Positions 59,188 through 64,000 of a stretch of 64,000 bases of DNA are shown one piece after another (the first letter of the stretch is position 1; each line of letters begins with the position of its first letter). The position numbers were made by a program, and so were the translations under genes. Under the pieces are notes generated by a model. It did no database searches. It was not told the origin of the DNA and was given only the letters and a program-made list of their open reading frames with translations. Source of the stretch: an uncultured bacterium (GTDB taxonomy: Bacteria; UBP14; UBA6098; B30-G16); assembly GCA_965552135.1 (NCBI GenBank), contig CBEVQY010000005.1:21391-85390 (forward strand), in the 5' to 3' direction.

Positions 59188-60167
59188 CAGAAAAGCGAAA
59201 CCTTCACCCTGAGGTATTTCTGAGGGTTGCGCCTTATGTCCTGAACGAGGGAGTCGAGGGTTGCCACCGTTTTCGTCAGGTTATCGTAGAGGGTTTTGTC
59301 GCTTACAATGGCCGCAGCTGTTCCCTTGCCGCTCCTTATCTCGGCGACGAGGGAGTCGAAGCGCTCCACGGCGTCCACCATCTTTTCGTACAACGCTGGG
59401 TCGCGCAGAAGGAGCTTGAGTGAACCTTCTCCGCGCTTGAGGGTATCGGCGAAGGCGGCAAGCTCTGCGAGGGTTGCGTTTGCGCGGGAGTAGAACGTTG
59501 TGTCGTTGAATAGTCTTCCCACCGTTCCCTCGTTGCGCTCGACCATCTGCGCGACGCGCCTTACGCTCGAGAAGAACGACTCGAGGTCGAAGTAGAGTGC
59601 GGGGTCGTTGACCAGAAGCCCTATGGTGCCCTTGCCGGTGCTTATCTTCGCCGCGATGTCCTTGAATGAGTGCACCGCCGCGGTTATGTCGTCCACCACG
59701 CCGACGCTGCGCGATATGAGCTCCTCGAAGTCTATTGGGTTTGTGCTTTGGATGTAGTCGCCGTTGCCCAGGACCCTGCCCTTGGGGCTTCCGAGTGATA
59801 TTGCGACGTATTTGTCGCCAAGCAGCCCAAGCGTCCCTATCCTTGCGCGGCTGTCGTCGCGGATGAGGTCCTGGACGCTGCGCTTGATGCGCATCCGAAC
59901 CTCGATCCTCGTCCGACCGGTGGAGTCGCTCTGGATGAAGCGTATATCCGACACGGAGCCCACGTTAACGCCAGCAAGCCAAACCGGAGCGCCGACCTGA
60001 AGCCCGTTTACCTGATCCATCCGCGTCCGAAGCTCGTAGTGGCTGCGCAAGATGCCCTCCCTGCCGCTTATAAGTATCACCGCCACAAGCGCAAGGAAAA
60101 TCGCCGCGGTTATGAGTCCCCCTACGGCAACGCGTCTGTCGGCCCGCCTACCCCTTGATGTGGGCAT
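59187..60167 (-). CDS. mlaD: MlaD/MCE family protein
   Basis: TM helix, GLQVGAPV..AGV.VG.V, GLLGDKYV, GT.G.L..D..LY repeats. Confidence 0.88.
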   Translation of the reverse strand: MPTSRGRRADRRVAVGGLITAAIFLALVAVILISGREGILRSHYELRTRMDQVNGLQVGAPVWLAGVNVGSVSDIRFIQSDSTGRTRIEVRMRIKRSVQDLIRDDSRARIGTLGLLGDKYVAISLGSPKGRVLGNGDYIQSTNPIDFEELISRSVGVVDDITAAVHSFKDIAAKISTGKGTIGLLVNDPALYFDLESFFSSVRRVAQMVERNEGTVGRLFNDTTFYSRANATLAELAAFADTLKRGEGSLKLLLRDPALYEKMVDAVERFDSLVAEIRSGKGTAAAIVSDKTLYDNLTKTVATLDSLVQDIRRNPQKYLRVKVSLF

Positions 60168-60189
60168 ATCTCAAACCTCCGCTTCGCCT

Positions 60190-60948
60190 TCAGCGCCCGA
60201 AAAAGCCACCAAGCACCTCCTGCGGCGCCGCCTCCCTCAAAAACTCCAAAAGCTCGGGAACGTCCGTCTCCAGAAGCTCCCGCCTGTCGCCGCAGAAGGC
60301 GATCTTGCCCTCGTGTATAAAGGCGAACCTGTCGCCAACGGTGAGTGCGCTCACGATATCGTGCGTCACGACGACCGAGGTTGCGCCGTAGAGCTTTTGG
60401 GTTCTGCGGATGAGCGCGTTTATCTTCGACGCGGTTATCGGATCAAGCCCGGTGGTGGGCTCGTCGTAGAATATGAAGTCCGGGTTCGACACCAAAGCCC
60501 TCGCCAAAGCCACGCGCTTTTTCATTCCGCCCGAAAGCTCCCCGGGCAGCTTTTCGGCAGCATCGGGAAGCTCGACGAACTCCAAAAGCTCCATGACCTT
60601 CCTGTCGATCTCCTCCAACGGAAGGTTGGTGTGTTCCAAAAGCGGGTATGCGACGTTTTCCCACACGGTCATCGAGTCAAAAAGCGCGGCGCCCTGAAAG
60701 AGCATTCCCACACGCCTGCGTATGGGCATCATCTCGCGCTCGGAGTAGTCGCTTGTGTCGACGCCGTCGAATATCACCCTGCCACCATCAAGCGGCAGAA
60801 GCCGCAGTATCACCTTAAGCAAAACGCTTTTGCCGCAGCCGGATCTGCCTAAAACGACGGTCGTCTTCCCACGCTCGAAGACGAGGTCCACACCCCGCAA
60901 AACCTCCTGACCGTCGAACGACTTTTTCACACCCACAAGCTCGATCAT
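60190..60948 (-). CDS. mlaF: ABC ATP-binding protein MlaF
   Basis: GRSGCGKS, FQGAALFDS, LSGGMKKR, YDEPTTGLDP. Confidence 0.92.
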   Translation of the reverse strand: MIELVGVKKSFDGQEVLRGVDLVFERGKTTVVLGRSGCGKSVLLKVILRLLPLDGGRVIFDGVDTSDYSEREMMPIRRRVGMLFQGAALFDSMTVWENVAYPLLEHTNLPLEEIDRKVMELLEFVELPDAAEKLPGELSGGMKKRVALARALVSNPDFIFYDEPTTGLDPITASKINALIRRTQKLYGATSVVVTHDIVSALTVGDRFAFIHEGKIAFCGDRRELLETDVPELLEFLREAAPQEVLGGFFGR

Positions 60949-60949
60949 C

Positions 60950-61702
60950 TCACATCCTGAGTATCCATATAAGAAGCTGTGTGACGAAGTAATCGCCCAC
61001 AAGTATCATAACCGAGGCGACGACCACCGCCATTGTGGTGGACCTCCCCACCCCCTCCGTCCCGCCTTCGGTGGAAAGCCCGGTGTAGCAGGCTACCCAG
61101 ATGACCATAATGCCGAACACAAAGGGCTTTACGATGCCCATGATCACGTCGTCGAGGGTGAGCGGCTCGAACACGGTCTTCCAGTAGAACGTTGGCGAGA
61201 TTCCGAACGTCGCCGTTGCGATGAAAAGCCCGCCCATAAGCCCAACTGCGTCGGCGAGGACAGACAGCGCAGGTATCACGACGGTCCCCGCGATGAACCT
61301 TGTTGTCACAAGCTTTTTGACGGGGTCTGTTCCCATGGCTCGGAGGGCGTCGATCTGCTCGGTGACCTTCATGGAGCCGAGCTCTGCGGCGATCCCTGCG
61401 CCAACACGCCCCGCAACGACAACCGCCGTAAGAACGGGACCAAGCTCCCTTATAAGCGAAAGCGACACGAGCGTGCCCACGTACATCTTGGCGCCGAAAA
61501 CCGCCATCTCGTGACCCGTCTGGAGAACGAGGATCATACCCGTAAAGAAGCTTGTCAGCGCAACTATAGGAAGCGACTGAACGCCTATGAAGTACATCTG
61601 GTCGATGATCTCGTGGGCGTAGGTTGGCGGCGTAAACACCCCGACGACAACCCGCAGCCCCAGCGCAAAGAAGTCGGCGACGTGTGAGAAAAACCTCCTC
61701 AT
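60950..61702 (-). CDS. mlaE: ABC permease MlaE
   Basis: RELGPVL..AGRVGA..AELGSMKVTEQIDAL, GVGRSTT; start placed at ATG 61702. Confidence 0.92.
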   Translation of the reverse strand: MRRFFSHVADFFALGLRVVVGVFTPPTYAHEIIDQMYFIGVQSLPIVALTSFFTGMILVLQTGHEMAVFGAKMYVGTLVSLSLIRELGPVLTAVVVAGRVGAGIAAELGSMKVTEQIDALRAMGTDPVKKLVTTRFIAGTVVIPALSVLADAVGLMGGLFIATATFGISPTFYWKTVFEPLTLDDVIMGIVKPFVFGIMVIWVACYTGLSTEGGTEGVGRSTTMAVVVASVMILVGDYFVTQLLIWILRM

Positions 61703-61710
61703 AAGCGCGC

Positions 61711-62679
61711 CTATTCGAAGTCGCCTTTGAGGTAGTCTTGCGTTCTTGCCTTTCTGCGAAGCTCCTCGTTGAGGCGCTCGACGAACGATTTGGCAGGGCT
61801 TTCGCCGTAAACGTTGAGCATGAAGTTCATTGCTATCACTTCGGATATGGCGGTGAGGTTCTTTCCCGGCGAAACGGGGATAGTAACGACGGGGATTTGG
61901 ACGCCGAGTATCGTTGTGTATTGTTCTTCGAGTCCGAGTCGCTCGTAGTCCTTCACCTCGTCCCACAGCACAAGCCGCACCTCAAGCTCGACGCGCTTTT
62001 GCATCCTTATCGCCCTCACGCCGAAGAGCTTTTCGATGTCGATTATCCCAACGCCCCTTATTTCCATGTGGTGTCCCAGGAGACTCGTTCCCGATGCGAT
62101 GAGGACGTTTTCGCCCTGCTTGCGTATTTCGACGACGTCGTCAGCGACGAGGCGGTGCCCGCGCTCAACCAGATCAAGGGCGCACTCGCTTTTGCCTATG
62201 CCGCTTTTGCCCGTATAGAGCATCCCAACGCCGTAGACGTCCATCATCGTCCCGTGGACGTAGACCCGCGGGGCAAAAACGAGGTCAAGCCACATCATAA
62301 GTTTGTTTATAAGCTCGACGGTGGCGAGTTTGCTTGAGAAAAGCGGAACGCCCCGCCTGTCGGCTATCTCGAGCATAGCGGGCGGCGGAACTATCCCCTT
62401 GCTGACTATAACGCATGGGATCTCGTAGCTGAAAAGCGCATCGACGACCTCAACAAGCCTCTCGGGCGAAAGGCTTTGGAGGTACGACATCTCGGTGCGA
62501 CCAAGAACCTGTATGCGATGCTGGGGGAAATCCTTAAACCACCCCATAAGTGCCATGCTGGGGCGCTGAACCTCGTGGCTCTCCAAAACCCTGTCCAAAC
62601 CCCTCTCACCCGCAAGAAGGGTGAGCTCAAGCGAGCTTTTGCGCTCCTGGTAAAATTTCCGAACGGTTACCTTCTCCAT
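61711..62679 (-). CDS. hprK: HPr(Ser) kinase/phosphorylase
   Basis: VHG, GKSGIGKSE, GHRLVADD, MEIRGVGII, IPV.PG.N. Confidence 0.95.
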   Translation of the reverse strand: MEKVTVRKFYQERKSSLELTLLAGERGLDRVLESHEVQRPSMALMGWFKDFPQHRIQVLGRTEMSYLQSLSPERLVEVVDALFSYEIPCVIVSKGIVPPPAMLEIADRRGVPLFSSKLATVELINKLMMWLDLVFAPRVYVHGTMMDVYGVGMLYTGKSGIGKSECALDLVERGHRLVADDVVEIRKQGENVLIASGTSLLGHHMEIRGVGIIDIEKLFGVRAIRMQKRVELEVRLVLWDEVKDYERLGLEEQYTTILGVQIPVVTIPVSPGKNLTAISEVIAMNFMLNVYGESPAKSFVERLNEELRRKARTQDYLKGDFE

Positions 62680-62796
62680 AGCCGATTCCGCAAGTTAAGC
62701 CCGATGTCTCTGCAAAGCAAGGCTTTTGGAATTTTGCTTGCTTATGACTTCATTTTTCTTTTCTTCAAAGTTGAAGCTTGAGGCAAGGAGGGAGCT

Positions 62797-64000
62797 ATGC
62801 GCAGGTTGGCGATTGTGCTTGTATTTGCCCTCGTTTCGTCTGTCTGGTCCGTTCCCATCACCTACCACGCCAAGATAACGGATGCTCACAACATCGGTCT
62901 TACCGACACGACGCTTACCGTGGAGCTTCAGATTTGGGATGCACCGGCCGGGGGAACGCTTCTGGCGTCCGACACGCAGAGCGTTTACGTGGCGAAGGGG
63001 CTTTTTTCGACGCAGTTTGATATCGACTTCGCAAGCTTCGATGTGGTTTACGGTCCGCTCTACTACCAGCTTGTGGTTGACGGCACGGCTTTTACGCCGC
63101 GTCAGCGCATAGGCGCAGTGATGTGGTCGTACTGGACGGTTTACTCCGAGACGACTGCCGCGGCGGTCGCGCAGGATGTCCATTACTTCCCGCCAAGCTA
63201 TCTTACGAGCGGCACCGTGCAGGAGGCTTTGGCGGAGCTTACCGACACCGTCCGAAACTGGACCCTGCAGGACGCCTACTGGGCTGCCGGCGGAACCGGA
63301 GACTCGATCGCCATCGATATGAACAAACCCGTCCGCTTCATGGCTGCGCCGGGCTACGGAACGGTATTTGAGGCAACGGCGAAGGACCTCTCCAAGCCCG
63401 CCGTAATGATCGCCAACGACACCACAGGCGCCGTGGGGCTCTACTTGATCGGGCACCTGCAGATCGCCGACGGCAGCAAGTTCTTCTCAAACACCGACCT
63501 GCGCTTCGACCTCGACGAAGACGCAGACCTCGGCGTCAACAACGTGTTCGAAATCTACAACGACACCGACGCCGTCGTCTTCTCCGTCGACGAAAGCGGC
63601 GTGGCGAAGGTCATGTCGGAACTCTACGTCCCCTACCTCGAGTGCACCACCGAGGTCGTTACACACAACGCGGACATCTACGACACCGCCACGACCTGGG
63701 GCGTGCTGCAAGCCGACACAATATACAACCCCTGGAACGACACCGTCTGGGTCGGCGACAACGACAGGCTTTGGGCGGACAAGCTCGTGACAGACACGGT
63801 CGTCACAAGGGGCGATACCGTCTTCATCGGAGACAACGACAGGTTCTGGGCGGATGAGGTCCTCACAGACACCCTCACCAACAGGGACGGTGACACGATC
63901 TACGTCCAGGACAACCTGAGGGTCTACGAAAACCTCGATGTGGATGACTCCCTCTACGTCAAAGCGTCCGCCCAGTTCGACACCTTCTACAACAGGGACG
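62797..64000 (+). CDS. Large secreted tail-fibre/adhesin-like protein, 3' truncated and absent from the ORF track
   Basis: AAGGAGGGAG RBS, ATG 62797, open to the window end; MRRLAIVLVFALVSSVWS signal, ITYHAKITD..IWDAPAGG..V..GLF..PRQRI, beta-rich repeats. Confidence 0.85.
   Translation, partial: MRRLAIVLVFALVSSVWSVPITYHAKITDAHNIGLTDTTLTVELQIWDAPAGGTLLASDTQSVYVAKGLFSTQFDIDFASFDVVYGPLYYQLVVDGTAFTPRQRIGAVMWSYWTVYSETTAAAVAQDVHYFPPSYLTSGTVQEALAELTDTVRNWTLQDAYWAAGGTGDSIAIDMNKPVRFMAAPGYGTVFEATAKDLSKPAVMIANDTTGAVGLYLIGHLQIADGSKFFSNTDLRFDLDEDADLGVNNVFEIYNDTDAVVFSVDESGVAKVMSELYVPYLECTTEVVTHNADIYDTATTWGVLQADTIYNPWNDTVWVGDNDRLWADKLVTDTVVTRGDTVFIGDNDRFWADEVLTDTLTNRDGDTIYVQDNLRVYENLDVDDSLYVKASAQFDTFYNRD
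63739..63915 (+). repeat. 25-26-aa coding repeats in the terminal ORF
   Basis: DTVWVGDNDRLWADKLVTDTV (63739), DTVFIGDNDRFWADEVLTDTL (63814), partial DTIYVQDN (63892). Confidence 0.75.

Noticed and set aside
60950..61966. Long N-terminal extensions in track ORFs (mlaE, mlaF, 28748-30322, hutH, lpxA, glyQS)
   Set aside because: They overlap upstream genes or promoters; downstream starts with an RBS fit the family lengths better

Overview
A gene-dense, roughly 60% GC (estimated by eye) chromosomal segment of a diderm bacterium. LpxA, BamA/BamD, MlaDEF, OmpA and several secreted proteins with PNPFN-type (T9SS/FlgD-like) C-terminal domains suggest an uncultured FCB-associated lineage; this is inference. 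The left end looks origin-proximal: parA-parB-M23 peptidase-bactofilin, followed by a compact cluster of DnaA boxes. Next comes a partial V/A-type ATPase operon (G/H, I, K, E, C, F; no A, B or D) with a Na+-type c subunit, interleaved with two methyltransferases. Most of the rest is housekeeping: coaBC, dnaN, lysS, purB, folD, lpxA, class II RNR with an NrdR box, punA, ugd, glyQS, recN, mlaDEF and hprK. The most notable items are: (1) an AT-rich three-gene island where a DNA amino-methyltransferase sits between two unannotated proteins that are remote homologues of each other, a candidate novel restriction-modification/defence system; (2) a histidine-ammonia-lyase-family enzyme with Ala-Cys-Gly instead of Ala-Ser-Gly at the MIO site; (3) a LipS1-motif radical SAM gene coupled to a geranylgeranyl-reductase-like (LipT-like) gene; (4) a 6S-RNA-like rod structure overlapping the recN stop; (5) an HTH protein fused to an apparently inactivated PD-(D/E)XK fold; and (6) a tail-fibre-like secreted protein at the right edge that the ORF track misses. 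I recognised no tRNA, rRNA, CRISPR array or transposase. All family assignments come from motif recognition, not database searches.
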